DNA of 64,000 nt from Candidatus Thorarchaeota archaeon (GTDB lineage Archaea; Asgardarchaeota; Thorarchaeia; Thorarchaeales; Thorarchaeaceae). Positions 20,710 to 29,896 of the stretch are shown in pieces; the stretch's first letter is position 1; each line of letters starts with the position of its first letter. The stretch lies in the NCBI GenBank assembly GCA_048884785.1, contig JBHLQM010000004.1:1-64000 (forward strand), in the 5' to 3' direction. The notes beneath the pieces are model-generated. The model worked only from the letters and a program-made list of their open reading frames with translations, was not told the DNA's origin and ran no database searches. Both the position numbers and the translations under genes were made by a program.

Positions 20710-20917
20710 TTAGCCACCTCTTTGATGTGTGTTGATTTTTGAGAATGACTGACGAAGAAGACATGTGGTTGCCTCCTTGCTGAATGTGGTTTCTTAAGGA
20801 AGTTTTTCAACAGCTCGTAGATTCAGCTGATATCTATATTCAGTATAAAAGTAGTCCGTCAGTTATCGAATCAAAAGTGTTTCTGCACCCAGGAAATTGA
20901 ATCCTCATTCCGTTTGG

Positions 20918-21376
20918 TCAGGATAAGAAAAAGTCGTAGAAATTCTCCGATTTTTTGAATCCCAATCTTTCGTATATCTTCTCACTCATCCTTGTTGAAT
21001 GAAGTGAAACCTTGCCAACATTCCTATTTTTGCACATGTTGATGAAGAATTCCATTAACTCTGTGGCTAGCCCTTTCAACCGATAATCTGGTTCAACAAA
21101 TATGTTGAGAATATAGGCGCATTTACCAGTCCTATTTCGCTTATCCGGTAGGACTTGGCTGAAGCTAATGACACCCCCCGCAACGACTACTTCGTCCCTG
21201 AGAAGAACATAAATCTCAGGCTCATCTGTCCATTCGTTCTCTAGAAACTCTCTTGCAACTTCTTCTGTGATTTTAAGATCAGTGTCGTTCCATCCCATTG
21301 TTCTGAACATCTCAATACGGTGTCGTAAAATCCAACTGATGTGATTCTTAGTGGCTTTGAGTATACAAGAACTCAT
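20918..21376 (-). CDS. GNAT acetyltransferase
   Basis: NIFVEPDYRLKGLAT; IYERLGF. Confidence 0.9.
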   Translation of the reverse strand: MSSCILKATKNHISWILRHRIEMFRTMGWNDTDLKITEEVAREFLENEWTDEPEIYVLLRDEVVVAGGVISFSQVLPDKRNRTGKCAYILNIFVEPDYRLKGLATELMEFFINMCKNRNVGKVSLHSTRMSEKIYERLGFKKSENFYDFFLS

Positions 21377-21437
21377 ACTTCATCTTGGTGGATTGAAAAC
21401 CTGGTAGTTTTCACCTTGCTGCTTGACGCATATACTG

Positions 21438-22391
21438 TTATTGAGGGGGTGGTCTATCGCACGCGTCTCCTGCTAAAAGTTTGGGCTCCTTTCTTATTTG
21501 ATATAACCTTAGAAGCCCTATTGGTACAACGATTGCCAACCAAATGATGATATCACCTATTGTGGCGATAAGAAAACTCTCATCCATAGGATCAAGAAGT
21601 ATCTGACCCAGTTTCATCATTTTCACAAGGGGGAACACAAGAATTAGGCCAAACGCCTGCTTGAGCTGAACAGCGTTAACCCTGGATGCGAGTGCGGGGC
21701 CAATTTGAGCTCCAACTACCATTCCGATTCCTAGCGCAATTGCGTAAAAGGGATCAATATGCCCTCCAAAATAATTTCTGACAGTTCCAGAAGCAGAGGT
21801 AAAAATCATTACGAACATTGATGTTGCCGCCGCTGCGTGAATTGGCAATCCCATTAGAACTGTTAGAACCGGTACTACTATCGCGCCTCCTCCGATTCCC
21901 AGTAACCCTGCTGAAATTCCCCCAACAAAGCCTCCGACCAATGAGAGGGCAAGTCTACTTCTTGATATTCTAGAAAAGTCAAAAGCTGCAACATCGTCAG
22001 ATTCCCCCTTTTTTTTGGCGAACAGCATCTTGATTGCAACAGGAAACAGTGTAACACCAAAAATCAATCTGAGAATATAATCATCCATAATGAGTTCACG
22101 AAGTAAAACCCCGATGAGAGAACCTGGTACTGTCATCACTGCCAGGAAAAGGCCCGGTTTAATTATGATCGGACGAGGGGTCTGGCGATAATATGGAATT
22201 GTGCTCGCAACTGCAACGAAAAGGGCGGCAACCAGAGATGTTGCTGGGGCTGTCTGTGCTGTAAGACCGAATATGATAATTAGTAACGGGGTATTCATGA
22301 TGCCTCCACCAATCCCAACCATGGATGAGACGGTGCCGACAGCAACTGCAAATGCGGCTATTAGTAGGATTTCAACGACAATGTCTTGCAA
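21438..22391 (-). CDS. TauE/SafE (TSUP) family transporter
   Basis: Two GIGGG repeats, ATS motifs, multiple TM. Confidence 0.9.
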   Translation of the reverse strand: MQDIVVEILLIAAFAVAVGTVSSMVGIGGGIMNTPLLIIIFGLTAQTAPATSLVAALFVAVASTIPYYRQTPRPIIIKPGLFLAVMTVPGSLIGVLLRELIMDDYILRLIFGVTLFPVAIKMLFAKKKGESDDVAAFDFSRISRSRLALSLVGGFVGGISAGLLGIGGGAIVVPVLTVLMGLPIHAAAATSMFVMIFTSASGTVRNYFGGHIDPFYAIALGIGMVVGAQIGPALASRVNAVQLKQAFGLILVFPLVKMMKLGQILLDPMDESFLIATIGDIIIWLAIVVPIGLLRLYQIRKEPKLLAGDACDRPPPQ

Positions 22392-22448
22392 AATAGGCTG
22401 CTCCTCAATTGCCTGCGAAAAGGTCTCCTACTTAAACAGTTCCTTAGA

Positions 22449-22883
22449 TCAGATCGGTGTCTTTCTTCTACCAATCCAGTAGCACCCAGAGAGTGCAATC
22501 ATAACTCCGAATAGTAGTATGCTCAGACCCAGATTCTCATAGTACATAATACCTCCCGAGAGCGAGAGTACCACGAATCCTGCAATAATAATGATGAATC
22601 CGATGATTGCAACAATCCGTCCCGGTCTAGTATTGTATGACAGGAATTCGGGAGTAGGCTCTTTCATTGTAATAGTGGGTTTATGAGAGACGTCCACTTT
22701 CGCTCTGAAGTATCTGCGTCCATCCTCAGTCAGATAACCATCCAGTTTCCCCTCTGCTGTCAGTTCTTCAAGTAGTGACCTAGTTGTGTCTTCATCAGCT
22801 CCGATTTTCTCTGCAAGGATTTGAATGGCACTAATATCATGATCCATAATTAGCTGGACGAGTGTCTCCTTCATGTCACTCAT
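22449..22883 (-). CDS. Winged-helix (PCI-like) domain protein with two C-terminal TM helices
   Basis: LAEKIG..LEEL.AEGKLDGYL winged-helix pattern, then 2 hydrophobic helices. Confidence 0.6.
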   Translation of the reverse strand: MSDMKETLVQLIMDHDISAIQILAEKIGADEDTTRSLLEELTAEGKLDGYLTEDGRRYFRAKVDVSHKPTITMKEPTPEFLSYNTRPGRIVAIIGFIIIIAGFVVLSLSGGIMYYENLGLSILLFGVMIALSGCYWIGRRKTPI

Positions 22884-22960
22884 GAGATTCTCTCCGAAAA
22901 CCAGATTCGTTGCATCGATGAAATAAATGTAGCGAACCGAGCGATGAATTTAAGTGGCAA

Positions 22961-23224
22961 TTGTGAGCTTATTTCACAAAATATAGCTTTAACGACAATT
23001 TAGACGACCCAATACTCAAAAACACATTTGATTTAACAATATAACCAAATTCACAGATAACTTACATTATACTAAAATGGATATCTCACAAGTTACAAAT
23101 TCTATCTATGTATTTCCATCCAATTACAGAAAACACAACAATTTGAGCAAATTCACAATAATAAACGGACATCTTTTTATGTACCTAGTACGAAAAATTT
23201 CCAATTGTAACTCAACAGTTACAA
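22961..23224. promoter_or_regulatory. AT-rich divergent promoter region with palindromic operator-like sites
   Basis: TTGTGA-N7-TCACAA (22961-22979), TTGTAAC-N6-GTTACAA (23205-23224), repeated CAAATTCACA, TATA-like TTTTTATGTA near 23174. Confidence 0.5.
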
Positions 23225-23254
23225 CAAAATCCGAGAAGACCGGAGAATCAAATA

Positions 23255-24637
23255 ATGGTATACTATACCGATTCCCCTAAAATCAATAGGCGCCTAGTAG
23301 CGGGTTATTACCTGTTCCTATGCCTCGTTGGTTTCGCGGTACTTCTAGGACCAACCGGTGCCGGCATTCCAATTACTATAATTGGAGCTGACGGCCGTGA
23401 TCACGAGCTAGCAGTTCCAGGGAGTCAAACCGACCCTGCTGTGTGCGATAGTTGTCATTCAAATCAGTATGACAATTGGAGCACGACTGCTCATGCAACC
23501 CATATGGGATCATTTACCAATGGGACTGGTGATTATGTCACCATAGGTTCCCGTAATTACACTGAAACATTCTTCAACGCATCTTGCGCTGAATGTCACA
23601 CTTCTGGCTACAATACGACTGACAAGACGTATGATGCTCTTGGTGTGAATTGTTTTGCATGTCATGACGCAGCAGGCTCTATTGACTACAATGGCACAAA
23701 CTGTGAGAATTGTCACCGCCAGAGCGGACCGACACATCCAAATCAGGCTGCTGCCTATCAGAACTCCAAACACGCTAACTCGCTCGCAGACCTCAGAGCT
23801 AGCGGTCATGCAGGTTCTTCCTGTATGCACTGCATGTCCACTGAAGGATTCATTCACCAGGATGACGACTTCGACCCCAATGATTTGAGTACAAATCCAA
23901 TTGGGTGTCCAGCCTGTCACTCTGTCCACAGTGAATGGTCTGAAGACGGACCTAGCATGATCCGTGCAGTGAACGCCACAGAACTGTGTGGTCTTTGCCA
24001 CGTGGGTTCAAGGCATACTACATACAACATCTTCTATGGTGGTCCTCATCATCTAGCAGGTGTTCAGTGTATCGACTGTCACGGCTATGATCGTGTTAAT
24101 GTTTCTGATCCTAACTCCTACTTCCTCAATCACACCTTCGTTGTAAAGCCAGATCTTGCATGTGGCCAGAGCGATGAGTGCCATGAGGGTATGGAGGAGT
24201 GGGCTCTCAACCAGCTTGAGAGCATCCAGAGCGCATTTGATGCTCTCGTGGATGAGATTACAACTGAGGCTGAGGATCTGTATGACATTGTAGTTGCCTA
24301 CAATGAAACAGATGGTGCTGATCACGATCTAGTAGCTGAAGTCGTAGACATCATTGACTCTGTTGAGCGCGTTGTTACTCAACAGTTAGGTGACCTCTCT
24401 GGTGGATTCCATGATGCACCAGGAATTATGGCCGACCTGAATGGTGCCTACGTTGATCTACTCAATGCAAAAGCCTACTTCTACGAGAATACCCCACCTG
24501 ACACAGTAACTGTCACTGTGACTACCACAACCACAGTCACTGTACCTGGCGGAGATACTCTCTTATTGGTTGGAGGCAGCGTTGGTGGTATCGTCATCGG
24601 TTTGATCCTAGGCGTACTAGTTGGCAGACGCCGCTAG
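23255..24637 (+). CDS. Membrane-anchored exported multiheme cytochrome c (NrfA/c552-like C-terminal helical bundle)
   Basis: N-terminal hydrophobic signal; 7 CxxCH + CMHCM + CGQSDECH; helical region with SGGFHDAP; Thr-rich linker, TM helix, RRR end. Confidence 0.92.
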   Translation: MVYYTDSPKINRRLVAGYYLFLCLVGFAVLLGPTGAGIPITIIGADGRDHELAVPGSQTDPAVCDSCHSNQYDNWSTTAHATHMGSFTNGTGDYVTIGSRNYTETFFNASCAECHTSGYNTTDKTYDALGVNCFACHDAAGSIDYNGTNCENCHRQSGPTHPNQAAAYQNSKHANSLADLRASGHAGSSCMHCMSTEGFIHQDDDFDPNDLSTNPIGCPACHSVHSEWSEDGPSMIRAVNATELCGLCHVGSRHTTYNIFYGGPHHLAGVQCIDCHGYDRVNVSDPNSYFLNHTFVVKPDLACGQSDECHEGMEEWALNQLESIQSAFDALVDEITTEAEDLYDIVVAYNETDGADHDLVAEVVDIIDSVERVVTQQLGDLSGGFHDAPGIMADLNGAYVDLLNAKAYFYENTPPDTVTVTVTTTTTVTVPGGDTLLLVGGSVGGIVIGLILGVLVGRRR

Positions 24638-24668
24638 TTTAGCGAAACAAGAGAATAGTATGGTCGGT

Positions 24669-24699
24669 GGGATGTTCTACATCCCTCCCTTCCTTTTTT
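24669..24699 (+). terminator. Hairpin plus pyrimidine/U-tract after the cytochrome gene
   Basis: GGGATGT-TCT-ACATCCC followed by tcccttcctttttt. Confidence 0.6.
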
Positions 24700-24802
24700 C
24701 TCTAACGAGTTCTGTAGAATATATTGGGTTCTGCTTTTTGACATGTTCTAGTTTCCATTTTTATTAATTTGAAGAACCCACGTAAAAGGTGAAGACACGA
24801 AA

Positions 24803-27007
24803 ATGAAGCATAGATATTCACTGATAATCTCAATAATCGTACTAATGGTACTGGGGAATGCCTTTCCCATTGTATCTAACCATGAAGAAGATCAAATAAT
24901 CGTTCAGGAGAACGGCAATTTTCAAATTGCCCAGGAATACAACATAAGTACCTACCTCCAGTATTCGGATGCCGCTTTGATTATGATGTTGGAAAATCTC
25001 TACAATAGCTCGGACGGGTCACTTTGGCGTTCTGCAGACTACAGGTGGGAAATAATAGACCTCTTGCCAAGTCTTGCAGACTATTATTGGGCAATATCCA
25101 GTCTCGAACGAATGTATGAGGTGTCCGTAGTCGAGGGTGCGCCGAACGCTACTATCTCAGTAATCTTAAGTCGACTCGCAAACAAGATGGTTGAATACTT
25201 CAAGGATGATGCGTATCTTGGGTATATTGTCAATCTCTTTTCGCACCCTGTAGTTCAAACAACAAAACGACCTGGGGTTCAAGCTTATGCATATCAAGCC
25301 TTGAAGATTGCTGAATCAGTGAATAGCTCACTTGATTTCACAGAGGCAAAACAGAGTGCTATTGACTGTCTTGTCGAGATGCTTTATGATTCTCAGTTCG
25401 GAGGATTTCATTTCTTTACAATGAGGAATGGCTCGCTTTCTGTGCCGGGCAACATATTTGAAGTCTATCCAAATGATGGAAAGAGGCTTGATCATCTCGC
25501 TCTTGGTGCAATGGCGCTCTACGAAGCTGGTGTGGAGCAGAACAATGCAACTCTTATTGCTATGGCAAATTCGTCGATGTCTTTTCTGACTCGACATATG
25601 AAGGAGTCATTGCAGGGTAACTATTTCGGTTTGAAATTGGCAGTCAATAGAACGGGACATGACCTTGCAGTCATTGCAGGAACTAGACCAGGGAACACGG
25701 TAGTAAGTGATGTTAATGCAATCGCCATTCGGGCACTACTTAGGGCTTACAATGTAACTGGCAACTCAACCTATCTTGCTTTGGCTGAAACCACAATTGA
25801 TGCACTAATGAATTATAGTTGGGATGACGAGAAAGGAGGATTCTTTGCAGAAACACTATATGGTGAGCCCTTCGACCCGCTTGATGATGAGGATGTGAAG
25901 CTCTACAAGTATTCAGAAATACAATTCCAACTTGTCATTACCATGGAAGAATTGTATGAGCTGACTTCTAACCTATTCTTCATTCGGATTTCAATTGATG
26001 TGCTTGATTTGGTTCTGAGCAGGCTATGGGATGTAGAGTATGGAGGGTTTATTCAGAATGCCAATGGCGATTGGGAATCATTTACAGATGACTGGAAATG
26101 GCATCACACTAGTAATCAAGCGCTTTCAGTTCTTGCATTGCAGAGGATGTGGAGATATGGTCTTCCTATTATCTCCTCAGTCAGGATAAATCCGGTTTCC
26201 CCTAGGCCAACAGATGATGTTTGGGTTTCTGCAACCGCATTGGACAATGATGGAATAGATATGGTATATGTGAATTACACATGTGAAATTGGAGAAGCCA
26301 GTTCAGAGGGTTCACTTCAGCTCGCGCCGAATCCTGAGATTGGAGGTCTGTATAATAGCACGTTTGGCACGTTTAATGATACGGCCAGAGTCAATTTCTA
26401 CGTGATAGCAAATGATACACTTGGGAATGCCTACGTCGCTGGAGTCTATTATTTCATTGTAAGAGCTGACAATTTTGAACCGCTGATAGAGCTGCGTAGA
26501 ATATATCCCGATGTCGTACACGGAGGTGACATTGTTCGGCTTGAGTTTGGTACCTATGAATTTCCAATCCATAGTGCTACATTGTGCTGCACTCTCTATT
26601 GGAAATTGGGGGCCGCGGCATATGCACCTATTAACACAACACTCGTTGGAGTAGACGAAAACAATCTTGTTTGGCAGATAGACCTTGGTCCGTTCCAGGC
26701 AGGCGATGTGATATCTTATTATTGTATGGCTGTTGATGAAACAGGTAATTGGGGGGTTAGCCCCTTCTATAGACTCACCATTACTGATGTCACATATATT
26801 TCGCCACTTGCCGCCTGGCAAATTGTTGCAACAATTGGCCTCGTTTCTGCGCCAGGAGCAGGCGTTGCATACGTTTGGTCAAAGAAGAGGTTCGCACGTG
26901 AACAGCAACGAACGTTGAAGAAAGAGGCCCGCAAGAGAGGTCGTAGAAGTAGAGGAAAGGGCGGATCTCGATCAAGATCTCGCAGTGGATCTGAAGGAGG
27001 TAATTAG
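24803..27007 (+). CDS. Exported (alpha/alpha)6-barrel protein (AGE/GH76/YyaL-like) with Ig-like domains, TM anchor and R/S-rich basic tail
   Basis: Signal peptide; repeated LYD/WD..GGF motifs; beta-rich C-terminal repeats; TM; RKRGRRSRGKGGSRSRSRS. Confidence 0.65.
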   Translation: MKHRYSLIISIIVLMVLGNAFPIVSNHEEDQIIVQENGNFQIAQEYNISTYLQYSDAALIMMLENLYNSSDGSLWRSADYRWEIIDLLPSLADYYWAISSLERMYEVSVVEGAPNATISVILSRLANKMVEYFKDDAYLGYIVNLFSHPVVQTTKRPGVQAYAYQALKIAESVNSSLDFTEAKQSAIDCLVEMLYDSQFGGFHFFTMRNGSLSVPGNIFEVYPNDGKRLDHLALGAMALYEAGVEQNNATLIAMANSSMSFLTRHMKESLQGNYFGLKLAVNRTGHDLAVIAGTRPGNTVVSDVNAIAIRALLRAYNVTGNSTYLALAETTIDALMNYSWDDEKGGFFAETLYGEPFDPLDDEDVKLYKYSEIQFQLVITMEELYELTSNLFFIRISIDVLDLVLSRLWDVEYGGFIQNANGDWESFTDDWKWHHTSNQALSVLALQRMWRYGLPIISSVRINPVSPRPTDDVWVSATALDNDGIDMVYVNYTCEIGEASSEGSLQLAPNPEIGGLYNSTFGTFNDTARVNFYVIANDTLGNAYVAGVYYFIVRADNFEPLIELRRIYPDVVHGGDIVRLEFGTYEFPIHSATLCCTLYWKLGAAAYAPINTTLVGVDENNLVWQIDLGPFQAGDVISYYCMAVDETGNWGVSPFYRLTITDVTYISPLAAWQIVATIGLVSAPGAGVAYVWSKKRFAREQQRTLKKEARKRGRRSRGKGGSRSRSRSGSEGGN

Positions 27008-29104
27008 ATGGATTTTGGAACAATATTATTGATTATCGCTGTGGTTATCGGACTCGTTGATATCACCGTTATGATGATTGGTCCGCGACTCAGTGGCTAT
27101 GAATCGATTTCATTAGGAATGAGTATCATTGCAGGCCTATCGGCTATTGGAGCATTACTTTGGATGGCTGGGTTGATATTTGGTAATCAATTCCAGTATG
27201 AATACGTCTGGCAGACGACTTCAAGTAGTTCAGATACGATGCTGAAGATATCTGCACTCTGGGCTGGAGCTTCAGGTTCCCTACTATTCTGGACAATGCT
27301 CTCATTTGTTCTCTATCTTGGATTTAGAATAACTGCTCGCGGATATGAAGATGATACGATTGTCTATCGGGCGGCTATCATCATGGCAGTTGAATCTGTT
27401 TTGATAGCAATCAATGCAATTCTAGCTGATCCATTTAGGATGATTGAAGGCCTTGGTCCGAGTGAGGGTCTGGGACTGAATCCTCTACTAAGAACATTCT
27501 GGAATGCAATTCACCCGCCAATTGTCTTCATCGCTTATGCTCTCATTATGGTTCCTTTTGCAATAAAGCTAGCAGGATTTACGGTAAGAACTGATGATAG
27601 AAATCAAGACAAGATTCCTATCATCGAGTCTATTTCAAACCTTATGACAGTGCTTGCCTGGGTCATGCTTTCGCTTGGCATTGTGATTGGTGGCTACTGG
27701 GCATACATTGTACTCGGTTGGGGTGGCTATTGGGCCTGGGACCCTGTTGAAACAACATCATTGATACCTTGGCTTTTACTGACAGGGTACTATCACGCAA
27801 AAGCCCTTTTCAGGAAGAATGATGTTCTAAGAGACTCTTTCTTGGTCTTTGCCTTTTTGACTGTGCTGTTTGCCACATGGGTCACAAGGAGCGGAGTATT
27901 GAATTCCGTGCATGGATTCCAAATATCAATTATCAGCTGGACCATGCTGGCAACGTTACTAGGGAACTTCATTGTCGCTACCATTGTGACTTTATGGTCA
28001 GGCTATAGAGATATTGAAGACGATGATGAAGACTCGACAACTTCAGAGGAGGGGAGCAATGAATCTCCTCAGAGAAAAGGACTTCTTGAAACTATTGTGG
28101 GTCCGTCTTTGCGTCGGTTCTCAATCAAACTTGCCCTCCTTGGCATCATTATTGTCACCACTAGCTCGACAATCGGTGTCCTATTGCCTGCTGTTTTGAA
28201 TATTGGAGTCGTCCTGGCTAATCCTAGTGCGCCCATGGAGGAAATGGTATCAGTAGGCCTGGAATTCTTCAAAGCAGGATTCTACTTCAGCACCATTTTC
28301 TTGTTGACATCAGCATTCTATTGTATGGATACATCCTTGATTACAAACAAAGTAAAAGGAATCCTGGTTGCAATTCTGGTGGGAATTGGTGGAATATTGG
28401 GAATCTTGTCGCTTCTTGATACAAATCTGACTCTGCCAACCAACTACTGGCCTGCGAATATCCTGATCCCGATAGCAGTTGGCGCTGTTGCCTACATCGT
28501 GATCGTATTCGTACGAACCATGGCCGGAAAAGAAAAGGGCGTCTTCACCATGAGAAAAATGGGTAGAGTCATGCTGCATATGGGCATGGTGATTCTAATA
28601 CTTGGTGTCTTCATGAGCGAGAATGTCACCTATGAATCAAACGACATGTATCTTCAGGATGATGTGAAGATGATTGGTCCAGGTATTTACCTCATGGTTG
28701 AAGACATAAACCTCCTATACTTCCATGACCAAACGAATTTCAAAATGGTTGTAACGGTTATAGTGATAGAAGGGGACATTGCGGTTGGAATAGGATTTGC
28801 CGTGATTGAAGGACATCCTGAATGGGGGTCTGTTTCTCATTCTGTGTATTTGCAATCAAATGCGGTCAGAGACGTGTTTGTTGCTATTACAGGATTCTCA
28901 CAACCGCTTCCAAATACTCTGGCAGTCACACTCCATGCGAAAGTATTACCATTCGTTTCGTTTGTATGGATAGGATCCTTCTTCATGATTGCGGCAATGC
29001 TACCAATGATTGGTATTGAACTAAGGAATCTGCGAAAGACCGAATCGGGTTCGGAAGATGAGTCAGATGAGCCCCAAAATTTGGAAATCAGGGAGGAGCA
29101 ATAG
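27008..29104 (+). CDS. ccmF: Cytochrome c heme lyase CcmF
   Basis: LWAGASGSLLFW, GLNPLL, IHPP, WGGYWAWDPVE, TRSG..SVH, HMG. Confidence 0.95.
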   Translation: MDFGTILLIIAVVIGLVDITVMMIGPRLSGYESISLGMSIIAGLSAIGALLWMAGLIFGNQFQYEYVWQTTSSSSDTMLKISALWAGASGSLLFWTMLSFVLYLGFRITARGYEDDTIVYRAAIIMAVESVLIAINAILADPFRMIEGLGPSEGLGLNPLLRTFWNAIHPPIVFIAYALIMVPFAIKLAGFTVRTDDRNQDKIPIIESISNLMTVLAWVMLSLGIVIGGYWAYIVLGWGGYWAWDPVETTSLIPWLLLTGYYHAKALFRKNDVLRDSFLVFAFLTVLFATWVTRSGVLNSVHGFQISIISWTMLATLLGNFIVATIVTLWSGYRDIEDDDEDSTTSEEGSNESPQRKGLLETIVGPSLRRFSIKLALLGIIIVTTSSTIGVLLPAVLNIGVVLANPSAPMEEMVSVGLEFFKAGFYFSTIFLLTSAFYCMDTSLITNKVKGILVAILVGIGGILGILSLLDTNLTLPTNYWPANILIPIAVGAVAYIVIVFVRTMAGKEKGVFTMRKMGRVMLHMGMVILILGVFMSENVTYESNDMYLQDDVKMIGPGIYLMVEDINLLYFHDQTNFKMVVTVIVIEGDIAVGIGFAVIEGHPEWGSVSHSVYLQSNAVRDVFVAITGFSQPLPNTLAVTLHAKVLPFVSFVWIGSFFMIAAMLPMIGIELRNLRKTESGSEDESDEPQNLEIREEQ

Positions 29105-29201
29105 GTTACAAATAATCTCTATCTAGACCCTTTCTGCTGACTGTAGGTGTGAAACCGAACATTCAAGAGAGGGTCTTGCATTATTTTTTCTATGCGTTGG
29201 G

Positions 29202-29834
29202 ATGAGTTCAATGATACGCATACTGGGAATTTCGGGGAGTCCACGGACAGGTGGAAACACAACCACGATGGTGAAAGCTGCTCTGAAAGCAGCTGGAAAG
29301 GAAGGCGCTGAAACACGTCTAATTGAACTTGGCGAATTGAGAATTGAGGCATGCAAGCATCAAGCAGAGTGTTATGAACTTGGCAGATGTGTACAAGATG
29401 ATGATCTCAACATGATTGCAAAGGCAATGGATGTCGCTGATGGCATTATTTTTGGATCACCTGCATATACTGCATCCGTGCCGGGTCCGATGAAGAATAT
29501 GTTCGATCGAATCGGAAGATTTGCCAACTTCAGAGGAAAAGTTGCTGCGCCGTTAGTAGTGGGTAGACGATCAGGAATGGACATCACAGCCATTGAATTG
29601 CTATTCTTTATGTATGTGAAGGAGATGATAGTACCCGGAAGTCCATATTGGCCTTCTGGCTTTGCATTGCATGTCGGAGATATACTGGGTGATACTGAAG
29701 CAATGATGGCTGCAGAAGATGCAGGGTATCGTGTTGCGGTACTGGCCAAATACATCAAAGAAAAGCCTCTTCCTTGGATGCAACCTCATCCGAATGGTGA
29801 ATATCGACCAGCTTTCGGAGATGACTGGAGATAA
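29202..29834 (+). CDS. Iron-sulfur flavoprotein/flavodoxin family
   Basis: ISGSPRTGGNT, GSPAY, MKNMFDR; Cys motif CKHQAECYELGRC. Confidence 0.88.
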   Translation: MSSMIRILGISGSPRTGGNTTTMVKAALKAAGKEGAETRLIELGELRIEACKHQAECYELGRCVQDDDLNMIAKAMDVADGIIFGSPAYTASVPGPMKNMFDRIGRFANFRGKVAAPLVVGRRSGMDITAIELLFFMYVKEMIVPGSPYWPSGFALHVGDILGDTEAMMAAEDAGYRVAVLAKYIKEKPLPWMQPHPNGEYRPAFGDDWR

Positions 29835-29896
29835 CTCCTATAGGGTGAGAAGACCCTCTTCAACTTCAACCCATACCCACTACAGGTCTGGATTCT

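Noticed and set aside
23077-23280. 67-aa ORF upstream of the cytochrome, and the many short antisense ORFs in the track
   Set aside because: They lie in promoter DNA or shadow well-supported genes, with no motifs
23255-24637. Assigning nrfA or hao
   Set aside because: No CxxCK motif, and the heme count and spacing differ; only the C-terminal bundle is similar
27005-27010. In-frame TAG-ATG junction suggesting pyrrolysine/readthrough fusion with ccmF
   Set aside because: A strong GGAGG SD precedes the ccmF ATG and both proteins look complete; translational coupling is the simpler explanation
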